Assembly (NCBI GenBank): GCA_019753155.1
Contig: JAIELG010000009.1
Coordinates: forward strand, 47,744 to 111,743
DNA: 64,000 bases
Reading direction: 5' to 3'
Origin: Burkholderiales bacterium
GTDB lineage: Bacteria > Pseudomonadota > Gammaproteobacteria > Burkholderiales > JABEVD01
Shown piece by piece: positions 7,830 to 15,852 of the stretch; positions within the stretch are counted from its first letter, which is position 1, and each line of letters opens with the position of its first letter. Position numbers and translations under genes: made by a program. Under the pieces are notes generated by a model that was not told the DNA's origin, made no database searches, and saw nothing but the letters and a program-made list of their open reading frames with translations.

Positions 7830-7916
7830 GAGATCCGGGAGATCTCTGTAAATGGCGCGGCCATGCAGCGCCATTTGCAGAGCCCTCCCAGGAACGCCCG
7901 CGGCATGCCGCGGGCG
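7830..7916 (-). promoter_or_regulatory. Three consecutive stem-loops in the nifH-nifD intergenic region
   Basis: The stems are GAGATC-N5-GATCTC (7830-7846), AAATGGCGC-N9-GCGCCATTT (7850-7876) and CGCCCGCGG-catg-CCGCGGGCG (7895-7916). Confidence 0.55.
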
Positions 7917-7923
7917 CATTCCT

Positions 7924-8838
<915 letters not shown>

Positions 8839-8856
8839 TTACCGTTAAAAAGAAAA

Positions 8857-8872
8857 CATGCCCTTGCCGTTC
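8857..8872 (-). promoter_or_regulatory. Weaker second sigma-54-like element (TGGAAC-N5-GGGCA) about 35 nt upstream of the nifH ATG
   Basis: GG-N10-GC spacing is correct but the -12 region is non-consensus. Confidence 0.25.
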
Positions 8873-8970
8873 CACAAACAATGAATCCGCCGGCACAAAA
8901 CCTGGAACACTTAGATCTTCTTCTTATCGGTCACCAATCCGGCAAAACATTCATGATGCACTTTCCATAA

Positions 8971-8985
8971 AGCAACGAGCGTGCC
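8971..8985 (-). promoter_or_regulatory. Sigma-54 (-24/-12) promoter of nifH
   Basis: The reverse complement reads TGGCAC-GCTCG-TTGC, an exact consensus, about 148 nt upstream of the nifH ATG. Confidence 0.8.
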
Positions 8986-9055
8986 ATGCATCAATTAAAT
9001 ATACATATCCATGTATTCATTGAATATTTTGTCTATATGGCGGAATGCCAGCAGT

Positions 9056-9071
9056 TGTCACAAACGCAACA
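9056..9071. promoter_or_regulatory. NifA-type upstream activator sequence TGT-N10-ACA
   Basis: TGTCACAAACGCAACA. It is the only perfect TGT-N10-ACA between the two divergent sigma-54 promoters. An imperfect TGT-N10-GCA follows at 9085. Confidence 0.6.
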
Positions 9072-9143
9072 ACACTGTAGGGAACCTTGCAAACAAATCC
9101 GGACTAAATTAGTCATAGATACACAAAACGCGATAAAAACCCA

Positions 9144-9159
9144 TGGAACGGATTTTGCA
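9144..9159 (+). promoter_or_regulatory. Sigma-54 (-24/-12) promoter of the divergent four-gene operon
   Basis: TGGAAC-GGATT-TTGCA lies 37 nt upstream of the ATG at 9196. Confidence 0.65.
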
Positions 9160-9195
9160 TAGTCTTCAAGAATCATTCAATTCGCGGGAGCAAGC

Positions 9196-9591
9196 ATGCA
9201 AATCGGTGTAGACAGTGTCAGGGCGGTGGAAAACAAGCGCATATTCGTCGTGGACGGCGACGAGATTACCCGCGCGGTGCTTCAATTCATGCTGCACGAC
9301 GAAAACGAAACACACGATCTTCCCAGTCTCGACGCGGCACTCGCCAAGAGCGTCGACTGGAAACCCGATCTTCTGATTCTCGGAATCGGGATCGTCAGCG
9401 AGAACGGGGTGGGCATACTCGAATCGCTCAAATCCATGATTCAGGGGCTTTCCATACTGCTCGTGACGGATACGGAGCGACTCCCATTTGCCGCCGCCTG
9501 CCTGAAGTCCGGCGCAGACGATATCGTTGCGAAACCCCTCACCATCGAAATCGTGAGAGGAAAAGTGGATGCGCTCCTGCGCGGGAATTGA
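9196..9591 (+). CDS. Receiver-domain protein lacking the phospho-acceptor Asp (pseudo-receiver)
   Basis: The CheY-like layout is present: VVDGDE acidic pocket, LLVT (Thr) and AKP (Lys). The beta3 end reads PDLLILGIG where DLLILD is expected. Confidence 0.8.
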   Translation: MQIGVDSVRAVENKRIFVVDGDEITRAVLQFMLHDENETHDLPSLDAALAKSVDWKPDLLILGIGIVSENGVGILESLKSMIQGLSILLVTDTERLPFAAACLKSGADDIVAKPLTIEIVRGKVDALLRGN

Positions 9592-9596
9592 AGACG

Positions 9597-9995
9597 ATGG
9601 CCACGATTTATTTCTTTGAAAAACCCGGGTGCGCCAACAATGCCCGGCAGAAAAAGCTGCTCGCAGGTTCCGGGCATACCGTGATCGCAAAAAACATCCT
9701 GACCCACCATTGGACGGGCGAAACGCTCGCGGCTTTCTTCGGCTCCCGCCCGGTCCACTCCTGGTTCAACCGCGCTTCCCCCAGGATCAAGTCCGGGGAA
9801 ATCGTCCCGGAAAAAATTTCCTCCGAAGAAGCCCTTGCGTTCATGCTGAAAGATCCCCTGCTCATCCGTCGCCCGCTCATGCAGGTCGAAGACCGCTGCG
9901 AAGCCGGGTTCGACCCGGATCTGGTTCATGCCTGGATAGGCCTCTCCGAGAAGCTGACCGATCCTGAAACCTGCCTGCGCATCGAGGATAAATGA
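9597..9995 (+). CDS. ArsC/Spx-fold 'nitrogenase-associated protein' (possibly NifO-like)
   Basis: YFFEKPGCANNARQKKLL..SGH......L....W....L..FF...PV..WFN..SPRIKSGEI.P......AL..ML.DPLLIRRPLM matches the ArsC-like nitrogenase-associated family. An alternative TTG start is at 9588. Confidence 0.8.
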   Translation: MATIYFFEKPGCANNARQKKLLAGSGHTVIAKNILTHHWTGETLAAFFGSRPVHSWFNRASPRIKSGEIVPEKISSEEALAFMLKDPLLIRRPLMQVEDRCEAGFDPDLVHAWIGLSEKLTDPETCLRIEDK

Positions 9996-11449
9996 CCGTA
10001 TTCTCCTACCACGAACGCACCAAGCACCGGCTCGAACGCTATGCAGCAGGCCCGGAGACGCTCGACTGGTCCATGCAGCCCAATCCTTTCAGGGAATTCA
10101 TCGGTGCGAAAAAAACCGCCCTTCCCCTTTCGGCGCACAGGATTTCAGCGGGCGAGCGGCCCGCCCTGGAATCGGTCGGGGCGCTGCTTCAGCTTTCCAT
10201 GGGGCTTTCCGCCTGGAAGGAATACGGGCCGGACAGGTGGGCTTTGCGCTGCAATCCTTCCAGCGGCAACCTGCATCCGACGGAATGCTACATCCTCGCC
10301 CTGAATGTTCCGGGAATCGAAAACGGCCTTCACCACTATGCGAGCCTGGATCACAGTCTGGAACTGCGCTGCGGCGTCGAATGGACGCGGGAGACCAGGC
10401 TTTTCGTGGGACTTTCCTCCATCCACTGGCGGGAAGCCTGGAAATACGGCGAGCGCGCTTTCCGCTACTGCCAGCTCGATATCGGGCATGCATTGGGCGC
10501 GCTGCGACACGCCGCTCTGGCGCTCGGTTGGGGACTGAAAATGCTGGATACCCCGGAAACCGTCCTGGGGACTGAGCGGCTCGAAGATTTTGCCGGAGCG
10601 GAGAAGGAGGAATTCGATATTCTGCTCGAGGCCGGTTCCGGATGCGCAACCGATTTCCCCGAACTCGAAATGACGAACTGGACGGGGCAAGCCAACTGCC
10701 TCGATCCTCACCCCATGTACAAGTGGCCGGTTATCGATGAAGTGGCAGCTGCAACCCGTCATCCTCTTCCCCACGAAAACCCTCCCTCCGCCGGATATTC
10801 GGGCGCGATTTACCCCGTGGATCTGCTGCTCGGACGGCGCAGCGCGCAGCAATTCGATCCCGCCTTCACGATGAAAAAAGAGCATTTTTTTCGCATGCTG
10901 GAGCAGTTGGTCCGCCTCTGGGACATATGGGATTTCGAGTCCAGAGTGCATCCCGTTTTCTTTTTGCACCGCGTGGAAGCGATGGCGCCCGGCCTCTATG
11001 TTCTGCCGAGAAGCGATACCGCCCTATCGAAGCTCAAGGCTCACTTCAGGTCCGACTTCCTCTGGGAACAGGCTGGGCACGATCTGTACCTGCTCGCCAG
11101 GGGGGATTTCAGGGCTGTCGCCAAAACCGTCAGCTGCCGCCAGGCGATCGCCTCCGACAGTTGTTTTGCGATGGGCATGCTCGCCGAATTCGAGGAAACG
11201 ATAGGACCCGACCCCTGGCGCTATCGCCAGTTGCACTGGGAAGCCGGGCTCATGGGTCATGCGCTCTACCTGGAAGCCGAAGCCGCCGGGCTGCGCGGAA
11301 CCGGCATAGGCTGTTTTTTCGACGACGCCTTTCACGACCTTCTCGGACTCTCGGGAAAAACTTTCCAGTCCCTTTACCATTTCACCGTGGGCATGCCGCT
11401 GGTGGATTCCAGGATACTCACCCTCCCGCCCTATCCAAAAGGAGAATAA
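9992..11449 (+). CDS. SagB/ThcOx-like two-lobed nitroreductase-family dehydrogenase
   Basis: 485 aa. The N-terminal Y.ERTKH...YA.GP..LDW..QPNPFR signature is present, with a second nitroreductase-like half ending GIGCFFDD..H..LGL. Its ATG overlaps the upstream TGA. Confidence 0.75.
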   Translation: MTVFSYHERTKHRLERYAAGPETLDWSMQPNPFREFIGAKKTALPLSAHRISAGERPALESVGALLQLSMGLSAWKEYGPDRWALRCNPSSGNLHPTECYILALNVPGIENGLHHYASLDHSLELRCGVEWTRETRLFVGLSSIHWREAWKYGERAFRYCQLDIGHALGALRHAALALGWGLKMLDTPETVLGTERLEDFAGAEKEEFDILLEAGSGCATDFPELEMTNWTGQANCLDPHPMYKWPVIDEVAAATRHPLPHENPPSAGYSGAIYPVDLLLGRRSAQQFDPAFTMKKEHFFRMLEQLVRLWDIWDFESRVHPVFFLHRVEAMAPGLYVLPRSDTALSKLKAHFRSDFLWEQAGHDLYLLARGDFRAVAKTVSCRQAIASDSCFAMGMLAEFEETIGPDPWRYRQLHWEAGLMGHALYLEAEAAGLRGTGIGCFFDDAFHDLLGLSGKTFQSLYHFTVGMPLVDSRILTLPPYPKGE

Positions 11450-11451
11450 AC

Positions 11452-12198
11452 ATGACAGTTCAAAGACTATGCGCAGACGAAGTACAGGGCCTCATGCAGA
11501 AGGAAAACCTGCTGCTTCTGGATACCCGTGACAGGGCATCCTTCGACAAGGGACATATCCCGTCCGCGATGCATGCATCGACCGCGGAAATCGAAAACCT
11601 GCTCATGCGGATTCCGAAAGGCACCCCCATCCTCATTTACTGTTATCACGGCAACGCCAGCCTCGTTCACGGGCAGATGTTCGTCGATTTCGGCTTCATG
11701 GAGGTCTACAGCCTCAACGGAGGCTACGAAGGCTGGATGCTCGCCCGGAAGGAAGCCGGGAAAAGCCGCCTGCAATCCTGGCTGGACGAACAGGGCTTTT
11801 CAGGCATCGATTCGCTCATCGATGGGGGCATCACTCCGCTGATGCATGCCGCGCGCCATGGGGACGCATCGATCACGGCCGAACTCCTGATGTCGGGGGC
11901 GAATGCCGCGCCCAGGAACAGCGACGGCAATCAGGCACTCTGGTTCGCCTGCTACAGCGGCAATCTCGCCATCATGGATCTGCTGCTTTCGGCGGGCTGC
12001 GCTGTTGACAACATGAACGACAACGGCTCGACCTGCCTCATGTATGCCGCCTCCAGCGGGAAAGACAGTGTGGTGGAAAAGCTCCTAGAAGCCGGGGCGG
12101 ATATCGGCCTTGCGAATCTCGACGATTACACCGCCCTGGACATGGCATCGAGCCTGGGCGCGCTCGAGCTTCTCCGCGGCAGGAAAGTATTTTCCTGA
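11452..12198 (+). CDS. Rhodanese domain fused to ankyrin repeats
   Basis: The rhodanese part has LLLLDTRD...F..GHIP.A and the active-site loop IYCYHGNAS. At least three ANK repeats follow (TPLMHAARHGD..., NQALWFACYSGN..., STCLMYAASSGK...). AAGGAGA lies 5 nt before the ATG. The ORF-track N-terminal extension is the alternate frame of the previous gene. Confidence 0.85.
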   Translation: MTVQRLCADEVQGLMQKENLLLLDTRDRASFDKGHIPSAMHASTAEIENLLMRIPKGTPILIYCYHGNASLVHGQMFVDFGFMEVYSLNGGYEGWMLARKEAGKSRLQSWLDEQGFSGIDSLIDGGITPLMHAARHGDASITAELLMSGANAAPRNSDGNQALWFACYSGNLAIMDLLLSAGCAVDNMNDNGSTCLMYAASSGKDSVVEKLLEAGADIGLANLDDYTALDMASSLGALELLRGRKVFS

Positions 12199-12224
12199 TT
12201 CGCGTGAAATCTTGCGCGATATCG

Positions 12225-12365
12225 GTCGCATCCATCAGCGAACTTGTCCCGAGTCCTTCGATAAGCTCGGAATAAATTCCATCAAGGGTATGTCATCCCG
12301 AACGACAGCCGAGGGATCTGGATTCCTCCACTTCAACTTCGCTTTCGGTCGGAATGACAGTAAAG
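12225..12365. repeat. REP/MITE-like palindromic element(s), related to the one at 39330-39495
   Basis: The core is TGTCATCCCGA...CGAGGGATCTGGATTCCTC...TCGGAATGACAG with inverted termini. A diverged half-copy, GTCCCGAG..TTCGATAAGCTCGGAATAA, precedes it. Confidence 0.5.
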
Positions 12366-12422
12366 GTCTGCCCCGAGGAACCCGGTGAGGAATTGACCCC
12401 GCTTTCAACTTGCGCTAGCATT

Positions 12423-12436
12423 ATTGACAAGTCAAT
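12423..12436. promoter_or_regulatory. Perfect palindrome ATTGAC-AA-GTCAAT containing TTGACA; candidate MarR operator overlapping a -35 box
   Basis: It lies 18 nt upstream of the MFS ATG. A MarR gene is co-transcribed downstream. Confidence 0.4.
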
Positions 12437-12453
12437 CATTGTGCAGGCAAAAG

Positions 12454-13974
12454 ATGGAGGATTTCCGCCAGAAGCTCTTCGCCATGCTGGGCCTATGTTT
12501 CGTCCTCGTCATGGTGGCCCTCGATCAGACCGTGATCGGCACGGCGCTTCCGACCGTGGTGGCCGAGCTCAAGGGCTTCGACCTTTACGCATGGGTGGGA
12601 ACGGCCTATCTCCTGACTTCCGTGATCACCGTTCCGGTTTTCGGCAAGCTCGGCGACGAACACGGTCGTAAATCCTTCGTGCTCGTCGCAATCGTGCTGT
12701 TCACCCTCGCCTCCATGCTGTGCGGGATGGCGCAGAGCATGCTGCAACTCGTATTCGCACGGGCGCTGCAGGGGTTTGGCGGCGGGATGCTGATCATCAC
12801 CTCTTTCGCCAGCGTGCCCGACCTCTTCCCCGAAGCCAGGGAGCGCCTGCGCTGGCAGGTTCTTTTCAGCACCGCATTCGGCCTTGCCAATGCGGTCGGC
12901 CCATCCCTGGGCGGATACCTGACCCAATACTGGGGATGGCGCTGGGTATTCTTCGTCAACCTCCCGGTCGGGATGTTGAGCCTCTTTTTCGTCTGGAAAT
13001 ACCTGCCGAAAATCCGCCACCTGGAACGCCCGCCCACGCCGCTCGACTGGCCTGGGGCAATGCTGGTCGCGCTGACCCTGGGTTTCCTGCAACTCTTCGT
13101 GGAATGGCTGCCGCAGAACAGGCCGGTTATCGAGATGCTCCTGCCGGGCGCCATCGGGACCATTTCCCTGATCGCGCTCATCAAATGGGAGTTGCGCTGC
13201 CCGAATCCCATACTGCCCCTTGCCATGATCACGAATCGGAGCCTGCTGCCGCTTTTCATTCTGTCCCTGATGATGGGGTTCTGTATGTTCGCGGTCATGT
13301 ATTACGCGCCCCTCATGTTCCAGGGCGGATTCGGATTGAAGCCCGATCAGGCAGGCCTGCTCGTCACCCCGCTCGCGGTTTCCATCACGGTGGGCAGCAT
13401 CATCAACGGACGCATCGTCACCCGCCTCGCCGTTCCGAACAGCATGCTTTACGCGGGACTCGTCCTTTTCTGCGCGTCCAGCCTCGCGCTCGCCCAGGCG
13501 CAATCCGTCACGCCGCATGCTCTTGTCGCCCTGTACATGATGCTGGGCGGACTGGGGCTGGGGCTGCTTATGCCCAACCTGACCCTTTTCGTTCAGGCGA
13601 GCAGCCCGAGGGCGCAACTCGGGGTTTCCACGGCCATGCTCCAGTCCATGCGCATGATAGGCGGCATGCTGGGAACGGCAATCATCGGGGCCATGGTTTC
13701 CAATACCTATGCCGATGGAATAAGGAACATGGCGGATAGCCGGGCGGGCAGACTCCTGGATCCGCAGATCCTCGTCAATCACAGCCTTGCCGCGAAATTC
13801 ACACTGGATGCGGGGCAGCATGGCGCCATGCTGCTTGTTCATGCGCGCATGGCAATGGTGGGGGCCATCCACGGCAGCTTCTGGATCGTCTCGGCCTTGC
13901 TCATCCTCGCGCTCTGGGTAGTTCGCTTTGTGCCTCCAATCAACCTTCACCACAAGGAATCGACCCGTGAATAG
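12454..13974 (+). CDS. MFS transporter, DHA2 (EmrB/QacA-like, 14-TMS) family
   Basis: Motifs ...LDQTVIGTALPTV...GKLGDEHGRK...ARALQGFGGG... are present with many hydrophobic segments. I prefer the ATG at 12454 over the TTG at 12424. Confidence 0.9.
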   Translation: MEDFRQKLFAMLGLCFVLVMVALDQTVIGTALPTVVAELKGFDLYAWVGTAYLLTSVITVPVFGKLGDEHGRKSFVLVAIVLFTLASMLCGMAQSMLQLVFARALQGFGGGMLIITSFASVPDLFPEARERLRWQVLFSTAFGLANAVGPSLGGYLTQYWGWRWVFFVNLPVGMLSLFFVWKYLPKIRHLERPPTPLDWPGAMLVALTLGFLQLFVEWLPQNRPVIEMLLPGAIGTISLIALIKWELRCPNPILPLAMITNRSLLPLFILSLMMGFCMFAVMYYAPLMFQGGFGLKPDQAGLLVTPLAVSITVGSIINGRIVTRLAVPNSMLYAGLVLFCASSLALAQAQSVTPHALVALYMMLGGLGLGLLMPNLTLFVQASSPRAQLGVSTAMLQSMRMIGGMLGTAIIGAMVSNTYADGIRNMADSRAGRLLDPQILVNHSLAAKFTLDAGQHGAMLLVHARMAMVGAIHGSFWIVSALLILALWVVRFVPPINLHHKESTRE

Positions 13975-14392
13975 CAGCCTTTTGCAGCAGATCGGACGCA
14001 CTTCCCGCGCCATGTATTGCGCTTTCGAGGCCGAGGTCGGGCAGGCATTACCGCGATGGCGCATTCTCCAGGCGCTCCATGAGCATAAATGCGCGACCCA
14101 GAAGCAGCTCGCCACGCAGCTATCGATGGACCCCGGCGCACTGACCAGACAGATGAAGGCGCTCGAAAAAGACTTCCTGGTGGAAAGAAGAAGCGCCCCC
14201 GAAGACAACCGCCTGACGACCGTCACGCTGACGAAAAAAGGATCGGATATGTTCGTAGCCTTGCAGGGACAAAGGCAGGCCTTCCTGGAGAAATCGCTGG
14301 AAGGATTGCCGCAGGATCACCTAAAAACAACGATGGAGACGCTCAAATTGCTGGAAGCGCGCTTTCGGAAAATGATGGATGGATGGACATGA
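13967..14392 (+). CDS. MarR-family transcriptional regulator
   Basis: The winged-helix region reads ...WRILQALHEHKCATQKQLATQLSMDPGALTRQMKALEKDFLVERRSAPEDNRLTTVTLTKKG. The GTG start overlaps the MFS stop. Confidence 0.85.
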   Translation: MNSSLLQQIGRTSRAMYCAFEAEVGQALPRWRILQALHEHKCATQKQLATQLSMDPGALTRQMKALEKDFLVERRSAPEDNRLTTVTLTKKGSDMFVALQGQRQAFLEKSLEGLPQDHLKTTMETLKLLEARFRKMMDGWT

Positions 14393-14769
14393 ACACTTTA
14401 GTCGACACGGAATCAGCCCGTTTGCTGAACGCCCCAGAAAGCGTTTTGATCCGCTGGATTTTTTTCCTGTTCCTTGCCGAGTTACCCACAGAAACTGTGA
14501 ATAAGGTTTCGGACTTCGAAATGACGGCAACCAGGCCGCTGATCGCGCCCAATAATTAAGACATCGCTGCCGGTTTTCAAAGTCTCCCCCTTTCAAATTG
14601 TATAAAATAGCCTTAACCGGCTCTTAATCCATCAGGTTTAGTATGACCCCGGTGTATGAGAGTGCTTGATCGCACCATGGCGGTGCATGATACATAAGAA
14701 ACCGCTGATTTACTCCGAAGTGGAGGTTCCATAAGTTACGGGGAGGCTGAAATTACAGAAAGCCGCATA

Positions 14770-15852
14770 ATGATTTCGAAATCGCTGGTTCTCCTTGCAC
14801 TCGCCTCTCTTTGCGCCGGACAAGCGCAAGCTGCGGAAGAAGTGCGCATCTCCCCCGCCCAGGAGCAGGCGCTCGGCGTGCAAACCGCGCGACTCTCTCC
14901 GGCAAAATCGGCACAGACCATGGGCCTTCCCGCCAGAGTTGTCCTGCCCAACAACCAGCTTTATATCGTAAGCGCTCCGCTCGCAGGATTTCTGGAAAAA
15001 ATGGAAGCGAGCGTCAATCAGCATGTCAAAAAAGGCCAGATTCTCGCCCTGTTGCAAAGCCCGCCCCTAGCAGAAGCCGAGCGCGCCTATCTGCAGGCGC
15101 AAACCCAGTTCCAGCTCTCGAAGGAGGTCATGCTCCGCGACAGGCAACTGTTCGATGAAGGCATCATCGCGCAAAGCCGCTTTTCCGCGTCGAAAAGCCG
15201 CTACGTCGAATCCGAGGCCGCGCTTTCCGGCCAGAAACAGGTACTGAAGCTGTCGGGACTCTCGGAAGGCGCAATCAAAAACCTGCTGGAAAAAGGCAAC
15301 ATCGGCAGCACGCTCGAAATCCGTTCCCCCATCGATGGCGTCGTGCTCGAACAGGCCGGAATCGCGGGCCAGCGCGTCGATGCCGCAGCGCCAATCTACC
15401 AGGTTGCGAAACTATCCCCGCTCTGGCTCGATATAGAGGTTCCCACCGCACTGCTGCCCGGACTGAAGGAGGGAAGCAGCGTCAGCGTGCCGGCCAGCCA
15501 TTCCGAAGGCACGGTCGCCTCGATTGGAAAAAGCATCAATCCGACCAGCCAGACCGCCATGGTCAGGGCGCTCATGACCGGAAACATCGACTCGCTTCGC
15601 CCCGGACTCAAAGTGGAAGTCAGGATATCCGGCGCTTCGGAGAACGTCTGGCAGCTCCCGAATTCCGCCTTGACCCGCATCGACGGCAAGCCGGCTGTGT
15701 TCGTGAAAACACGGGGCGGCTTTCGCGTCAAGTCGATAGAGCTCGTGAACGAGGGCGAGAAAAACAGCCTAGTGGGCGGACTCGACGGGGGGGATGCGGT
15801 AGCGGTCCACGGCGTCGCCGCCCTCAAGGCAGCCATTTCCGGAAACGAGTGA
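14770..15852 (+). CDS. Efflux RND periplasmic adaptor (membrane fusion protein, CzcB/CusB-like)
   Basis: It has a signal peptide and lipoyl/hairpin/beta-barrel segments (...RSPIDGVVLEQ...). It overlaps the RND pump gene start. Confidence 0.9.
   Translation: MISKSLVLLALASLCAGQAQAAEEVRISPAQEQALGVQTARLSPAKSAQTMGLPARVVLPNNQLYIVSAPLAGFLEKMEASVNQHVKKGQILALLQSPPLAEAERAYLQAQTQFQLSKEVMLRDRQLFDEGIIAQSRFSASKSRYVESEAALSGQKQVLKLSGLSEGAIKNLLEKGNIGSTLEIRSPIDGVVLEQAGIAGQRVDAAAPIYQVAKLSPLWLDIEVPTALLPGLKEGSSVSVPASHSEGTVASIGKSINPTSQTAMVRALMTGNIDSLRPGLKVEVRISGASENVWQLPNSALTRIDGKPAVFVKTRGGFRVKSIELVNEGEKNSLVGGLDGGDAVAVHGVAALKAAISGNE

Noticed and set aside
10927-11451. ORF-track N-terminal extensions that make genes look much longer (10927 for the rhodanese gene). 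The same occurs at 18383 (DUF3240), 42235 (adk), 47130 (MalY-like), 36317 (miaA), 31271 (acs), 29805 (PagL-like), 35002 (methyltransferase) and 4772 (ferredoxin).
   Set aside because: The extensions are alternate frames of the upstream gene or non-coding spacers. Internal starts with RBS-like sequences give proteins that begin at the conserved family N-termini.
12493-14226. A 577-aa minus-strand ORF opposite the MFS and MarR genes. Similar antisense ORFs occur at 18865-20457, 21908-23206, 31745-33079, 34617-35912, 50025-51341, 51378-52295 and 61222-63204.
   Set aside because: Each mirrors a well-supported gene on the other strand, has no recognisable domain and has skewed composition. They are treated as shadow ORFs.
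14389-14559. A 56-codon ORF starting at an ATGA overlap with the MarR stop (MNTLVDTESARLLNAPESVLIRWIFFLFLAELPTE...).
   Set aside because: It has no family resemblance and no RBS beyond the overlap, and its codon usage (TTA, TTT, ATT) is atypical for this genome. It may be real but is unsupported.
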